Positions 26,430 through 41,394 of a stretch of DNA of 64,000 bases are shown here, in pieces (within the stretch, counting starts at the first letter, position 1; every line of letters begins with the position of its first letter). Origin of the DNA: Camelus dromedarius (Eukaryota). Under the pieces are notes generated by a model. The model was not told the origin of the DNA and ran no database searches. It worked only from the letters and a program-made list of their open reading frames with translations. Made by a program: the position numbers and the translations under genes. The stretch lies in the NCBI RefSeq assembly GCF_036321535.1, contig NC_087436.1, positions 45,074,001 to 45,138,000 of the forward strand. The letters run 5' to 3'.

Positions 26430-26824
26430 ACCCATTGCATTAGGCTGCCATAACAAAGTACCCAAAAATAGTACAGCAGAAATTTATTGTCTCACTGTCC
26501 TGAAGGCTCGAAGTCTGAGATCAAGGCGTCAGCAGGGTTAAGTCCTTCTGAGGACTGTGAAGGAAGGATGTGTCCCAGGCCCCTTTCTTGATGGCCATCT
26601 TCCTTCTATGTCTCTTCTCCCTATAGGTGTGTCTGATTCCAGATTTCCCCTGTTTATACTGATACCATTCATATTGGATTGGGGGCTACCCTGATGACAT
26701 CATTTTAACTGGATTACCCATCCAAATAAGACCGTATGTCCAAACAAGATCTCACTGAGGTACTGGGATTCAGGACTTCAACATATGGATTTGGCAGAGG
26801 GGGAACAGAACTCAGTGCATGACA
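26430..26824 (-). mobile_element. MLT1A/B-type MaLR LTR
   Basis: ggctgccataacaaagtacc...gaagtctgagatcaaggcgtcagcaggg...gaggtactgggattcaggacttcaacatatg. Confidence 0.85.
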
Positions 26825-27615
26825 TTATTATAAAGCTTTTCTTAGTGCAGAAGTTTCTTTATGTGAAAAAAGTATCACCTGAGTAAAGAAAAAACATCAG
26901 AACATGTCTCTGTGAGTGTGAGCAACTTGGGGAAGATGAAAGCACTGGGTCTGGGCATAGACAAGCCCACCATCCAAACAGTCACTCAAGTTTGTCCTAG
27001 AGGACAGACTTTTTTAATTTAAAAAAAAAAATTTAAATAAAATAATAGAATAAAAACCTATATCAGTTAGAACTTTTTTGGTTGCTAGTGACAGAAAGCC
27101 TGACCCAAGTTTGGTTTAAACAAAAAGGAAATGTATTGACTCCTGAAACTGAAGTCTACAGGTAGGAGTTGTTTGGGGTATGTTTGGGCTCGGGAAATGT
27201 CATCAGGATAACATTTTTCTACATTATTCAGCTCTGCCTTTATCTTGTTGGCTTCATCCTTTCAGATTTAAGTCCTGCAGGAAGAAATTTTACACAATCA
27301 TCTGCAAAATTCTCTTTGTATCTTACCATCTCGGATTGGATCATGTGCTCGTGCTAAGCATGGTGGCTCGGGAAAGGCAAAGCTCTGAGTTAAGCCTGGA
27401 CTCTCAAACCACACACCTAGAATCAGTGGTAGAGTAAATTCTAAGTGGGTAGACTAAAAATGGGAGAAAAGTTGATCCTTAAACAAACATCAACATATGT
27501 TACCAGAGGTGGGGTAATTGGATATGTGATGCCAAAATCAACAAATATTCACTACAGAGGCCCAAGTGACAAACCCAGAAGTCAACAGGTCAACTTGGAA
27601 GTAGTATTTCCTTAC

Positions 27616-27772
27616 CTATATAAGACCTCCCTCGACTGGACAAATATTAACAATGAGTTTGAAGGCCCCATCTCAGAATTCTCATATAATGCTGAATTTA
27701 TCCATAAAATGTATATCAGCTGTATATCAGTTTTGCACACAAAGACCCATGTCCATCAAACTTTTGCAGAAC
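27616..27772 (-). pseudogene. Exon, phase 1 to 2, one TGA (27,756-27,758)
   Basis: tttgacag|...|gtaagg, 157 nt. Reads SAKV*WTWVFVCKTDIQLIYILWINSALYENSEMGPSNSLLIFVQSREVLY. Confidence 0.7.
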
Positions 27773-30079
27773 CTGTCAAATTACTGAAGACAATGGCTTT
27801 GACTTATTGATAATAATCAATGTGACTCAAGAATGCAGAGGACTATATAGATAACAGCCAAAACAGAATGAGCTTAAGTAAAACTAAGGGGCCTCTTTTT
27901 CTTTTCGTCTCTGGAGTAGTAGCATATCCAACTTCTACACCCACTGAAGAAAAATCAATATTTTATCTCTCAATAGACTGTGAAAAAGGAAACTTTAAAA
28001 TTTTTATTTGAAGGCTTAAATTATTGAATCTAACTATCTCCTCTCAGTTCATTAAGACCATGTCACAGGTAAGTGGAAATATTTCTGGGTCCACATTTTT
28101 TTAGACCAACTAAATGGGTGTAATGAATTATTGGTTGCAGGTCTTTCATTTTAACTTTTAATGTTCATATACTTACTGAGTCATATTTAAGGCCTATGGA
28201 ACATAATCAAGAGAATATACATGTGAAGTAATTTTTTAATTAGAGATGAACTACTTTTGTTCTAGTAGATTTTGTGAAATTAGTCCTTAGTGTTACACAG
28301 TTTTTCACTTTAAGATCAAGGTAGATCCTCTGAAATTGTCACCATACTTGAATTTGTTTGTCTTTTTTTTTTTTTTTTTTTTTCTGCTCAGAGATGGAAG
28401 CAAGCTGTGAGCTTAAAAAGAATGGCCAAGTTGATCATTTTTAAGAAAGAAGTTTAGTCTTCATTACATATGAACATGTATCATTGAAAATTACATTTGT
28501 TTTCTTCTCTCCTTTCTGTATGGGGATAGGGTCTCCCCTTGCACACCTCTTTCCCTCCCTTTCCTCTCTTTATCTATCAAAGGAGTTTGAAGGAAAGGAG
28601 AAAGGATCAGGCCAGGCTGAGGACCACTTTGGACCCTACTTAACGCGAAATGAGTTTCATTGTCAAGTTCCTTACAGTGCACACCGAAGAGCCAGCTGTA
28701 AGTGGTTAGGGAGTGGCAGCAAGTTTAAATGTGTTACTGATCATTTCGGTACCTCATCAACAACTCAGCACTTTTATTCTTGGTAACCATGACTCATCCT
28801 CTTCATCCATTCATCATTTCAATTAACGTTTTTTGTTATGGTTATTTTCATGAGAAAATTGATCCCAAAAAGTTGTTGGATTGTGGACATCAGTCAGAGA
28901 CCCAGCTTCCACCTACTGCTCTCCATCACCATATCCTGCAGGTTTTTACCCTGATCTTTGACTTCAGTGGGAGGACTGGAGCATGAGTATTGTGCTGCTG
29001 AAAATCTAAGTCCAACTCTGACAAAGCTTTGTTTATAGTGTATCTTAATTTTGAGTACTATATCCTGAAATCTTTTTAACACCACACAAATGTCAGAAAT
29101 AGGTATTCATTAACCATATATACATATAGATTTTAACCCTATCATCTTTTACCCATGAGGTCAGCTACTCCATCGTATTCCTAAAAGCCAAGCCTGCAAG
29201 TGCTTAGACCATAGGTTGTATTCATCAACACTTGTTCAACAAACAGATACAAGAAAGAATGGATGTTGCCAAATATATGTCAAATATAATAAGGAAATAT
29301 GTCACTATCTATAACATTGAATCCTTTCTAGATAGGATGAATTATGTTACAGAAGGCCATTGCTCAATTGAACACTTTGATGAATGTCTAAATGGGAGTT
29401 TGGAACTATAAGCCAGAAAATGTGTAATCATTTTCCAAAATATTGGGGGATCCTTGAAGTGAAGAAGAGGTAACCTGGAGGGAGGTGCTTGGTAAAGAGG
29501 GAGAGAGAGAACCCTGCATAATATTAACACCCTGAGGGACTTGGTGAACAAGAATCACTAAACTGGAGTTTCATCATGGTTTGCCTTCCCACAAAATATT
29601 CAGTAAATTTTACATTTTCCCCTAATCTGTGGATACTCTTTGGGGGTACTTGAGAAGTCTTCAGTTTTCTTGCCTTGCTAGACACTCTGCTAGGTGAAGA
29701 CAGCTCACAGGAAAAGAGGATTATGAAAGTATAAATCTTCAGGTGGAAATTCTTCAGAAATCATGGAAAGATTGAGGGCTTACATAAGTCATTGGTGAAC
29801 TGAGGGCACAGTTCAATTCTGTCTAGATCAGACAATGCAGGGAGACCTAGATGTCCTCCAGGTTCCATGCTGCTCACTAAGAGTGGAAGAATGGAACGCC
29901 TCAGAGAGCTAGGACCAAGATGCTCTTTGAATATCTTTTCCACTGTACAGCTTTCAGCTGCCCACAAACTATCACCTGCTTACCATCAAATGGGTCTAAG
30001 ACACTTTTCTTCTGACTAAGCTCCTAATAACTTATCAGTATTTATGATTATTAAGGGACCTAATATTTATTAAGGTCAT

Positions 30080-30540
30080 GCAATGTGACAGTCATAGTGC
30101 TAAGACTTAACAAGTGTTATCTCATTTATGGGTATTTATCTATAATGTTCCTCATGACATAAGAAATATTATGCCTGGGACAGTGTAATTGATGTATAAA
30201 TACTCTTTCAATGAATGAATTAATAGTAATAGCTGGTATTTACTCAACCCTTAGTGTATGCCAGACACTGTTCTAAGCTCTTTCTGTTAACTAACTCAGT
30301 GAATCCTTAATACTATTAGATAGTATAGATAATTCTATTATTCCTACTTTTATGGCTCAGAGAAGTTAAAGATTTGCCTAGAACCATGCAGTCTGGCTCC
30401 AAATTCTACACTCTTAACCACACAGTCTTCCAAATGAATGATCTCAGGAAAATTTAAGAAAGTTAAGTAACTTATCCAAGTTCACCTATCAAGTAAGAGC
30501 AGACACAGAACTCAAACTCAGGCTTGGCTGTCTTCAAAAT
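30080..30540 (-). mobile_element. Cluster of MIR fragments
   Basis: gtgtatgccagacactgttctaagc...ggctcagagaagttaaag...aagtaacttatccaagttcac. Confidence 0.65.
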
Positions 30541-32479
30541 CCACGTTCCTAGATGTTACATGCAAAAGAGACCAAAAGCATTAATTGACTCATAACAAAG
30601 TAGGTTCCCAAAGATCAGAGTCCATATCTTCTTCAAATACCTCATACATCTTGGAGTGTCCAGATAAAACTTGACAGCCTAGAAGAGGTGCCAACAGGGA
30701 AGCCAAAAGAAGGAGGAATCAGAAGTACCAGTAAAAGAAGTCAAAGACAACCATTAAAGGGAGCACTATTTTTTATTGAACAGTCATTATGGCACCATAT
30801 TAGGGCTCGTTTCATGGGCATACAATCAGTGCAGTCACATGGGGGCTCCGTGCTCAGAAAAGCCTTGCACTTGAATTAATACTTGGCAGCCTCTGTCTTG
30901 AAGTGACAATCTAAGGAAAATAAGGCTTAGGGAAGTTAAAATACTTGGTTAAGGTCATCCACCAATTGAGATCATTTGAATTTGCCTTTTGTAAGTGAAA
31001 TCTTATGGGGAAATGGAGCATGCACAGGGACTTGGAGTGTCACTCAAGAGTGGCCCACCTCCTATTACCTCTCCTCCTGCCCACCAACCCAGGATGGGTT
31101 CTTGGTCACCTAGGCTCTGTCCAGATTCGTATCCCCTGATCTACCTGTGACTACTAACATCCTAACCTTGAGGGAGAGAAGGCTCAAAATCTGTTGTCAC
31201 TTGCCCTTTCGTCTCAGGAGGGCCTGGGTGCAGGTGCAGAGAGGGTTGGTGTTGGGCACACACCCCATGATATCCTACAGCAGGTCAGGGCAGTGGCTCA
31301 GCCTACCCAGACTGGCAGCAGCACACAATATTTAGTGGGCAACTTGGCATGGGGCATTTTACCCAGTCCCAAGCCAGCTACCAAGCACATCCCAGAACAG
31401 AGGTTGTGATCCACAGGGGGTCATCTGCCCACCATATATTGGGACATGGGCCTGTGGGAAGGAGAAGATGACTCCCCTGACCCCGTTAGAAGCCCAGCAT
31501 TTTTGTTTTGCCCCGGGTAACACAAATTACATAAACATCCCTCGACCAGATCAACATAGACTTCTAACTACACAGTTGGAAACTGACTTGTCAACTCCAT
31601 TATCACCTAGCTTAGCACTAAAAAGATAGAAGAGTAGAAAAATCAATTCATAATTAAATCTATAAATTAAAAGAAAGCACCTAGAATTCCATTATTTTAC
31701 AACAGCCATATTTCCATGGTAATACTTATTCTTGCTAGTTGATGTTTGCGTGGAAATTTATTTTTACCCATATTCAAAGTTCTTCAGAATGATCACTTGA
31801 CTAGCAGTCATGAAAAAATTGTTCTAGTCCCAACAGTGCCACTAACTTGCTATGTGAGACTGAAGAAGTCTGTTACTCCTCTGGCTTTCAGATTCTTTGG
31901 CTATAAAATGAAATAGATGGGTTACAATCTCTGAGTTACTCCCAACTCTAAGGTCTATGATTTTGATTCCTGCATTTTCACTCTTCAGAAAAGTCATCTA
32001 CTCATACAATTTCAACAACCACCCACAGGTATGTCTCAGAAATTATAGTAATAATTATAATTGTTGACACTTACTAAGATTAGTGCTTTATATGCATTAT
32101 TTCTTTAAACCCTCAAGATTTTTTAAGAAAAAAATTGGCTACAGGTGAACTTATTTCTGGATAAACAGATACTCAAGTTTTTAATTTTTTCCTTAAGTTA
32201 GTTTTGATAAATGAGACTTGTTTAGGATGTAATCAATTTTGCTAAATTTTCGAACCTTTGCCATCACATTGTTTGCAATATTTTCTTATGTGTTTACATC
32301 CACAGCACATGTAGTGCTGTCTTCTTTCCGTTTCTGTGGTTGATTGTTTATACCCCTTCTTTTCTTTTATTAATAGGTCCAGCTGGCAGTTTGCCAGTTT
32401 TCTTTTACTGACTACTTTATGATTGTTCTCTATTTCTTCATTTTTCTTAACAAAGCTAAGAGAGTAGTTGGAAATGAAG

Positions 32480-33990
32480 AGCTAATGTCAGGGAGGTAAC
32501 AGTGGGAGGCAGGAGGGAAATCCTACAGCCGAAGTGAAATAGGAAGATATCGCATGATTTTGAGCAGAGGTGAGATATGATTTGACATATGGTTTAAAGG
32601 ATTTTTTTGTTAAAAACACTAGAAGTAAGACAGTGTAAAAACAAGAAGATCAGTCAGGAGTCTGTATCAATCCAATCAAGGGATGATGATCTCTTGCATC
32701 AGGATAACAGCAGTAGAAGTGATGAAAAGAAAATAGATTTCGGACATATTTTACAGGTAGGGCCAACATAATTTAAAGAAGTATTGGCTGTGGAATATGA
32801 AAGTCAGAGAAGAGTCAAGGATGACACCCAGATTTAAGGCCTGAGCAACTGAAACATGGAGTTGTCATCACCCAAGGTAGTTCATTTTGCTGTTCGTGTC
32901 TTTCTTTGACAGTGTGAGGGGTTTCAGAAGTTTTGTTTTGAACACATTGATTTTGAAATGTCTGCTAGACTTCTAAGTGGAAGTGCTGAATAGCCAACTG
33001 AAGAGAGATTGAGCTGAATATGTAAATGTGGGACTCATTAACATACAGACAATATTTAAAACCTTAAAGTCAGATGACAGCACAGGTTCCTGAGGGAGTG
33101 AATGTACAGAGAGAAGAGAAATAAGGATAGAGTTTCAGGGCTGTAACTCTGAAATGCAAGAAAGAAGAGGAGGAACCGGTGAAGACAGAGAAGGAGGGAC
33201 CAGCGAAGTAGAAGGGCAATCAAGTGATGTGATGTCCTGGAAGCCAAAGCCAGATACAGATTAAAGAGAAGGGAATAATCAACTGTGTAAATGTTCCTGA
33301 TGGTCAAGGAAGACGAAGACTAAGAACTGACCTTTTGATTTAGCAAAATGAAGGTCTTGGTTAGTGAGGTGGAGTGGAATGAAAGCCTGATTAATTAGAG
33401 TGGGTTACGAGAGAGAGGGAGAAATGGAATTGAAGACAGGGAGTATAGACAACTCCTTCAAAGAGCTTTGTTGCTAAGGGGGCAGAGAAAAGGTGGTCGA
33501 TGGGAGAACTGGGTCGGTAAATGTTTGTTGTTGTTGTTGTTTAAGCTGGGAGAAATAACAGCATATTTGTATGCTGGGGAGCATAATTCAGTAGAGTGTA
33601 AATCTGATGTTGTAAGAAGCGGAGAGGAGATCTTGCTGGAGCGAGATCTCACTGTGTAAGTGAGAAGGGACAGCATCTGCTGCCCAAGTGGAGGAGGGAT
33701 GGGCTTTCAGTCGGAACATGGATGGTTCATCAAGGTGGGAAGGCAGAGTACAGGACTATAATGCTGGTGAGCAGACATGATGTTGGAAATCTGCGGAAGC
33801 TCTCTTCTGATTGCTCTGAACGTCTCATTGAAAAAAAAAAAAAGATCATCTGCTCAGACTGAAGATGGGGGAAGAGGGAATTTTGAAAAGAAAGAAAGGC
33901 ATGAAATAGTCACCTAGGCAAGTGGGTGAGTGAATGGACTACAGAAGTTACATTTGCTTGGCAGCATTAAATTCAAAGTGATACCATCCA
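32480..33990 (-). mobile_element. L2 LINE fragment
   Basis: Purine-rich antisense L2: gagtcaaggatgacacccagatttaaggcctgagcaactg...ggtcaaggaagacgaagactaagaactgacc. Confidence 0.75.
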
Positions 33991-34969
33991 ATGCGCTTGT
34001 GTGTTTTATGTTTTGCATCAGCCATGTTGAATGAAATAAGTACAAGCGGAGAGAAGCAGAGACTTGAATTTATCTATAGTTTCATCCAGCCAACTGACTA
34101 CAGTGAAGCCCAAGAAAAACAAAACTGTCAAGGGAATATACGAGTGATTTATATCAATTGCCTGTGGAATTCAAGTGATCAAGGAGGAGAATGATGGTAT
34201 CGTGGGAATGAAGGACATTGAAATGCTGGTAGGATCAATGGAGTGGAGGTCACAGCAGGATAGAAGAATTGTACATTTTGATCTGAAAATTCCTGAATGA
34301 CTTGCCAAGTTGTTTATGCTGTAAGAATTTCTTTAAAATTTATCCAGCATTTTTAGTTGAGCAGTTGCTCCAAATGATCCTAGCCAATCTATTACCAGAA
34401 GTAGAACCTCCTATTAGCTTTTAAACTTGTATTTATTTATGTATGTGTTTATGTATTTCCTTCCCTTGAACATCCATCCAAACACAATAGCCTGCTGACT
34501 TCACTCTACTGTTCCTCTCCCTGCCACCACCCAACACAGGTATTTAGCAACTCATATCTAGATTATTGCCACAGCCTCTTAATTAGTTTCTTTTTAAATC
34601 AATTTTATAGCTATTAGAACAAGGGTTTTTTTCCCCTCAGATGTTATTTTGCTTTTTGCTTAGCAAGTAGATAACCAAACAGCAAAGAATTAAATTATTT
34701 TCTATCTTCAATCTTCAAAATTCAGGGTGGTACATAATTATTTTTAAGTATGAAAGTGTCCCCCATAGGCATTCTAATGTCTTTAATGTTTTGCAGTGTG
34801 TGTTTTCTTGCAAAAATGTGCATCATTTGGTGTTTTTTTTAAACTATTTTTACTCAGAACTTTGATTTTAAGATTCATCTAGGTTACTGAGTATAGATCG
34901 AGTCCATTGTTTCACAGTCACTTAGTAATTCATGGTGAGCAACTATCACATTTTATGTAAGTTTCCAAA

Positions 34970-36200
34970 AGATAGACACCCCACTTGCCTCCTAATCCCC
35001 ACCACTATAAATAATACTACACCATATGATCATTTCTTTAGCATACATACTATACCCAGAAATAGAATTACTGGGTCATAAATGTAGATATAATCCTATC
35101 TGGAGAGATGGCTTTCAGAATGGCCCATTCCAGTTTACCTCCCACCAGAAGGTATGAGGGTTTCATATCCCTGACCATATGTGGTATCATCCAGGTTTCC
35201 AACTTAATCAATACCAAATGATATTGCTTTGTTGTTTTAATTTGGATTTTTTCTGATTATAAATTAATTGAAAATCTCAAAATATTTATTGGACATCAGG
35301 ATTTTCAATTTTATACATTGTTCATATTCTTTATCTATTTTTCTGGGGTTTTTTTTTGGCTAATTCACTAGAATTTCTTATACAAGAATATTTATCTTTT
35401 TAAATATATTAATATCTAGAACATATGGATTATCATATTCTATTAGCTCTTAACTTTGTCCACAGTATCATTAATTAATCAAAAATTATTAACTTTGATA
35501 TAACCAAATTCATCAGTATTTGCCTTAAACTTAGTTCTTTTGTGGTTTTGAGAAATTATTCTCCATCTCTAGATCACAGGTATTTTCCTATACATTTTTC
35601 TGTTAACTATATAGTTTTACCTTTCACATCTTGGGTCTACTTTAAATACTTTATTAGTTAGCAATCCAGTTTATTTTTCTGCATATAGTAAACAAGTTTT
35701 CCCCACAACTCTTTCCAAATTCTTTTCGTCTCAATCTGAGATGACACTTTTATTATAAATTAAATATATATGCACATTCCTACATGAGTCTGTGCTTTCT
35801 AATCCATCCAATTGGTCAATTTTTGATGCTGTTTTTCTCTTCAGGCCAATTTTCAATATTTGATTGAGTAAGCAAGATTCATGCTCACACACACTCTTTA
35901 TTTTTCTTAAGTCTGACTTGACTATTTGTGAACAATGATTCTTCCTGGTACATGGAAAATATAACTGCTACTTTGATTGGAATGAAATTTACAGATTAAT
36001 TTAAATGTATAGATTAATTCAGGAAATGTGTGGTATTTTCACAACATCAAGTCGTCCCAACCAGAAGCATGAAATGTCTGCTTACAAAGATTATCACTTA
36101 TGCCCTTTATTACAGTCTTAAAGTTTTCCACATAAATAACTGTGTTCTTGATTAAGTTAATTTAGATCCCTTTTAGTTCTTGTTGCTACTTTGAATTATA
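34970..36200 (-). mobile_element. Old L1ME-type fragment
   Basis: tatacccagaaatagaattactgggtcata...ccagtttacctcccaccagaagg...ttgttttaatttgg. Confidence 0.7.
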
Positions 36201-36242
36201 TTTTCTAGTTGATTACATGTTGTCTCTCCAACAGCATCTCAC

Positions 36243-36337
36243 TCGGTTTTCTTAAGAAACAGACACTAACAGGTGTCTCAACTCCAGGACAGCTGATTTG
36301 AATACAGTAGAATGTTGCTCTGGCAGAATAGCTCAGC
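36243..36337 (-). pseudogene. Exon, phase 2 to 1, open
   Basis: tattttccag|...|gtgaga, 95 nt. Reads LSYSARATFYCIQISCPGVETPVSVCFLRKP; the other two frames contain stops. Confidence 0.7.
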
Positions 36338-38099
36338 CTGGAAAATATGACAGATTAACAGATCAACAAACTGCATTTGAATAAATACACTTTGGAGTTG
36401 TCCCATATGCCTCTTGTTCCCTACATTTTGGTTTGGGACCTCCAACTGTCCAGTTAAAGAGAAAAAAAAAACTCAAGTTTTCCTCAGTGTGAATAATAAG
36501 GCAACCACTATTTTTTTTACATAACAAAACCCAACACGTGGTGTAGGAAACTGGGAGATTTGGCTTCTAATTTTAAGAAAGATATGATCATGTCTGTAGT
36601 CTAAGGGGAAGTAGAGCCAGGGGAAAGAGAGAGCATAAAGACACCAAAGTAGCATGTTTGGAGAGAAGAGAACAGAGGATTGAAGGTAAAAAGGAGATGA
36701 AGTAAATTCTTGAGACCAGGGAGAAGAAATCTCTCATGGCTTCAGTTCACAGACATTTGCTGAGTGTTGGCAACAAAGCAGGCCCTTACCCAACCCTGAA
36801 GAAATGGGGATCAAGAAGACAGTCACCATCTGTGTCCTCATGGAGACTGGAAGATCGTGAGAGAGCCAGACATTGAGCAAGGGAATATAAGAACATGAAT
36901 AGACATACAGCCTTAGAAAGAAGGAGGGACATGTCCTCCTCTAGGATGGGAAAGAGAAAGGGGGAAATGCAAGATGGTATGAGATTCTGAAGAGGAGGAA
37001 GGACTTCCGGGAAGTTGTAGATCACAGCTTTTTATCATCTCAAAAACTAAAAAGTAAAGATATCTGCTAAGAATGAAGGAAACAAGTTTATAATGGATGC
37101 CACAGGAAGAGGATAAATTTTAAATTATGACTCCATGGGCAGAATATGGGGGAGGATGAGCACCAAAGGACCAGCTGAAACAGGAGAGCATAACAGTGTG
37201 ATCCCAGGACCTCTTTCAAATTCTGTGGGATGCTCCTTAAATGCATCTCCGGCACAGGCTCTATGGAGACCAACTAAACCAGAGTCCCTGGTGGTGGGAC
37301 AAGGAGCTACATTTTTATCAAGTTATGCAGGAAATTCCTATGCACACCAGAAGTCAAGAAGCACTGATGCAACCAGGCTGATCCCTATTGTGTTTTGAGT
37401 TTCTCTGTCAAAGTGCAGCAGCAAATTCCATACTTTAAAAATTTTTATAAAGAATTTATATTTGATACTTTTGATTGAATTTTTAAGATTATCCTTTCCT
37501 TTCTCCATCCCAATATTTTTTTTCAAGATTGTCTCTATTATTTGTTTGCAAATAATTTTGCTCTATTAAATTGTTGCAAATTACAAGAAATAAGAAGCTA
37601 ATTCTTTCACTAGTGGCTATAAATGGTTTCGTATTTACAAGGTATTTTTTTTCTTTCCAAAGGGAAAAATACCTATTTTAGAAGGAAAGTATTCCATGAA
37701 TAAAGACTGACAGATACTACCAAATAGTATATTTTTTTAAGTGTTAGCTACAATTACAGTTTTCAAGTTTTAGTTCTTTCTACATCCACATTTTCTTAAC
37801 ATCTACCTTCAGGTGAAATCTAGGAAATGGAAGTTTATTAAATTGGGGCTCTACTAAAAAGCAACTGACATTTGAAAGTTAAGTAGGTGTGGAAACCATC
37901 AAGAAAGAAATGGTTGACAAGAAGTCCCTAAATAAGATCCTTGAATTTCACAGACAGTTCTAAATGCCAAAAAAAAAATAGATAATGTAGTAAAGATCTA
38001 TAGGGAATAATCTCTTAGGAAACTATTGTTTCCAGTGATTAATATCCACCTTTTCCTAAAATTACATTTTTTACAAAAAAGTAAATAGTCTGATATATA

Positions 38100-38125
38100 G
38101 GCATATGACAGATATACATATATAA

Positions 38126-38156
<31 letters not shown>
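38100..38156. repeat. (TA)n-rich microsatellite
   Basis: Directly visible. Confidence 0.85.
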
Positions 38157-38999
38157 TTCCTATGAAACATGAGTTTCAAAACATTTATCAATCTGCTCAT
38201 GTTGAAAGAGAGGGGAATTTAAAAGTTTGATAAAATTATTAAATAAAATTTATTTACAGAAAACATTAGTTCTTTAAGCTTCTCACCAAATTTTTTTATT
38301 GTTGCATTTTAAGTTTTAAACTCAATAATAATTTTTCTGGAATATACTACATATAAGTTTTATCATTATCATCCAATCTGGAATTCTTAAAAATAACACC
38401 CACTAAAAGAAATCTTTAACATGTGCCATTAGGACATTGTGCAAAAGAAGTATTTCTACAGAGCAGAATAACAGAGAAAACCACATTCTAATATTTTAAT
38501 TTAAAGCTATATCATTCACTGTGAATAACTGGCATAAGTATATTTACATATTGTTCAATTTGTCAAAGACTATGTTTTAAATGATAGATTTTTTTAATAT
38601 CCTAAGAGTATATGGACTCTGGTCTCCCTAGGCACAGTTTATGTTAGTTTTTTAAACTACTTATAGTGAATCCAAAGCTGAGACATTTAAGCATACATAA
38701 TAAAAATTTTAATCTTCAAGTTTCTCAAGACATAGACCACAGCCACAAAGAATGTTCCTCTCAAGCTGCCTTTCTATAGATCATCACTTCATAAATAAGA
38801 GAAAACATATCTCGTAGATTTAATCTGTTTATGAAATCATTTCAGTAAAATGAGTGATTGTCATTCAGTGAGTCTTCTTCTCAGTTCAGTTTAACAGACA
38901 TAAACAGTAAAGACCGTAGGAGTTGTTAAACTAACGACAACAGTTTATTCTTAAGGTTTTTTACACTGCGTCAGGCATTGTCCTGATTCATCCTCTGTT

Positions 39000-39612
39000 C
39001 TGTCCCCAGCAGCAGGAGTGATTCTACCACCGGCCCAGTGCGATCCCGCCTCTGCTCTGTTGAGACCCTACAGCCACTTCCCAGCGCCCTCAGCCTAACA
39101 GCCAGCGTCCTCAGCCCAGCCTACAAGGCCGTGCACGATTTGCACACAGATGTCCTCCCTCGCCTCATTTCCTCCTGTTCTCTCTTAGGCACAGCGGCCT
39201 CCTGACCATTGTCCCAACATGCCAGTCACAGTCTGCCTTTGGGTCTTTTCAACTGCTGTCCCCTTTGCCTAGAAGCACTCATACCCAGATGTCTGCATGG
39301 TTGTCCCCCCACTTCCTTCAGATCTTTATTCCTAAATCACCTTCTCAGGAACACCCTCCCTGTCTGCCTTATCTAGATTTGTGTAACTCCCCTCAACACT
39401 TCCAGTCCTCCTGCCAGCTTCATTCTTCCTTAGCAATTTTTGCTAGCATAATTTATATTTTTCTTATTTATTTCCCATCTCCCCCCCTAGAATATAAGTT
39501 CCATGAAGGCAGAGATTTTGTATGTTTTGTTCACTGCCATGGCCTCAGTGCCTAGAAAAGTATATGGCATGTATAGTAGATGCTCAATAAGTGTTTACTG
39601 GATTAATGAAAG
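39000..39612 (+). mobile_element. L2 3' end
   Basis: tagaatataagttccatgaaggcagagatttt...gatgctcaataagtgtttactggattaatgaa. Confidence 0.8.
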
Positions 39613-39937
39613 AAGGAATTAAATTTTATCACTTATTCCTGAAGGAAATAGAGGACAACAGGCTTGTGTCATCATGAAGAAATTTCAAGTATGAAGCATT
39701 AACATTAATAACAGCACAGATTTGACAGAAGGCTCCTGCTTTAGCTATTAGTCTTTAACAAAGTGCAAACCGGGGGAAATGCAGTCTCCTTTCTGTCCCT
39801 CGGTTCCTGACCCATTTTAGGTGCTTAATAAATAGTTGCCGATTCTTTGGCCCAGTCTTCTATATCTTCCAGCTTTGTGACAGAGTTGCATTTCTGTTCT
39901 TTATTAATCTGTAATATTTTAGCATCCAGTCACTTAC

Positions 39938-40076
39938 AAAAGTTGATTTGTATTCTCTGGTTTGAACAAATCTAGAGTGGAATATTTCTTGACATAAAAA
40001 GTATGAAGTTGGAAATCACAAGAACTGTAATTGTGAGCATAAATCAGCACAAAGAGCAGCCTCATTCCTGTGGCAT
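39938..40076 (-). pseudogene. Exon, phase 1 to 2, open
   Basis: ccacttag|...|gtaagt, 139 nt. Reads (D)ATGMRLLFVLIYAHNYSSCDFQLHTFYVKKYSTLDLFKPENTNQL; compare GREB1 HTLFVLIHDHAHW. Confidence 0.75.
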
Positions 40077-41394
40077 CTAAGTGGTGGCAGTGGCCCAGGA
40101 TCACAGCTCGCCATAGGATGATGAATGTAGAATGCTGGCTGTGGCAATTTGCCCTCCATGGGGGGTTGTGGGAGCATTTCTCACCATCAAACCCCACCTG
40201 CCACCACTTTGTTCTGCCCTGCCTTTCCGTGTTCTGTGCCATGCTGGCTCCGCTCACCTTCTCAGCCACCTGTTTAGGCTCAGCTGTATTCTGTGACCAG
40301 TGATGGCCACAACTAGAGAATTCCCATCACTAGCCTGCCAACAATGATGGAAAGTTTGGGGCTACCAAGGAGTGGACTCTTAATAAGTACATATTAAATA
40401 CTCTTTAAAGAGTGTCCAGGCTGATGTGCTGCCAATGTTGTCACCACGCTAGTTGAGCGTGGCACAGTGGAAAGTTCATGGGCTTTGGGATTGGACAGAC
40501 CCGGGTTCAAATTCCAACTCTGATTTTTTTAAAATAGTTCATAGTTACAAAGAACTGACTACATATCAGGCACTGAACTAAGCACTTTACATATATAAAG
40601 CATTTGATACTCATGTATAATTATTTCTATTTCTATAGATGAGGAAATTGTGGCTTACTAATGTGCTTCAAGCCACATAGCTAATAAATGGCAAAGCAGG
40701 GACTGGAGTCCTAATTTTTCAAATCCATTATACTTAACTACTGTTTTACACTATGTGGATTTTAGAAAGAAAATTAACTTTATTAGCTCTTGAGAATTTA
40801 AATGAAAAAAAACATAAATAACCAAGAACATAGTGACCACTCAAATGTGGAAATTCTCTGTTTTAAATGTGACAATATTTGAAGAATTATGGTTAATTAT
40901 TCTATGTGTTAATGGATTATTTTACATGTTTAAGGGAGAATTATTACTTTTAGAGATATATTCAGAAGTATTTACAGGTGAAATAATATTGTGTCTGAAT
41001 TTGCTTCAAAAGAATCCCCTGGGATAGGGGATATAGATATAGATTTAAAATAATAAAACACGATTGTCATAATTACTAAAGTTGTGATGAGTACACTGGG
41101 GGTTGTAGTACTGTTCATTCTACTTTTACTATAGTTAGAAATAATTTTAAAAAAGTGTTTTTAACATACCTCTTAAAATAATGTAAAGTGTTGTGTGTGT
41201 GTCTGTGTATATGTGTATACACAGAGAAAGAGACTTGTTTTTCTAGAAAGAGCCCCCATAAATGGGAAATAAACCGTTCTGTTTCTTATGAATGAAATTG
41301 ATCTTTAGACATATGATTTCTTAAATAATAAGGTGTTCCAATCTAAGACAATGATTTATCTATAGCCACATTTAAAAAGTAAGACATGCAGTAC

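Noticed and set aside
28670-29060. Exon-like segment with gtaagg donor and protein-like fragments (MDEEDESWLPRIKVL)
   Set aside because: Many stops in all frames, and the flanking exons (36,243 and 27,772) already join in phase without it.
37818-37870. Short exon-like segment (CFLVEPQFNKLPFPRFHLK, donor gtagat)
   Set aside because: Phase-incompatible with neighbours that already join directly.
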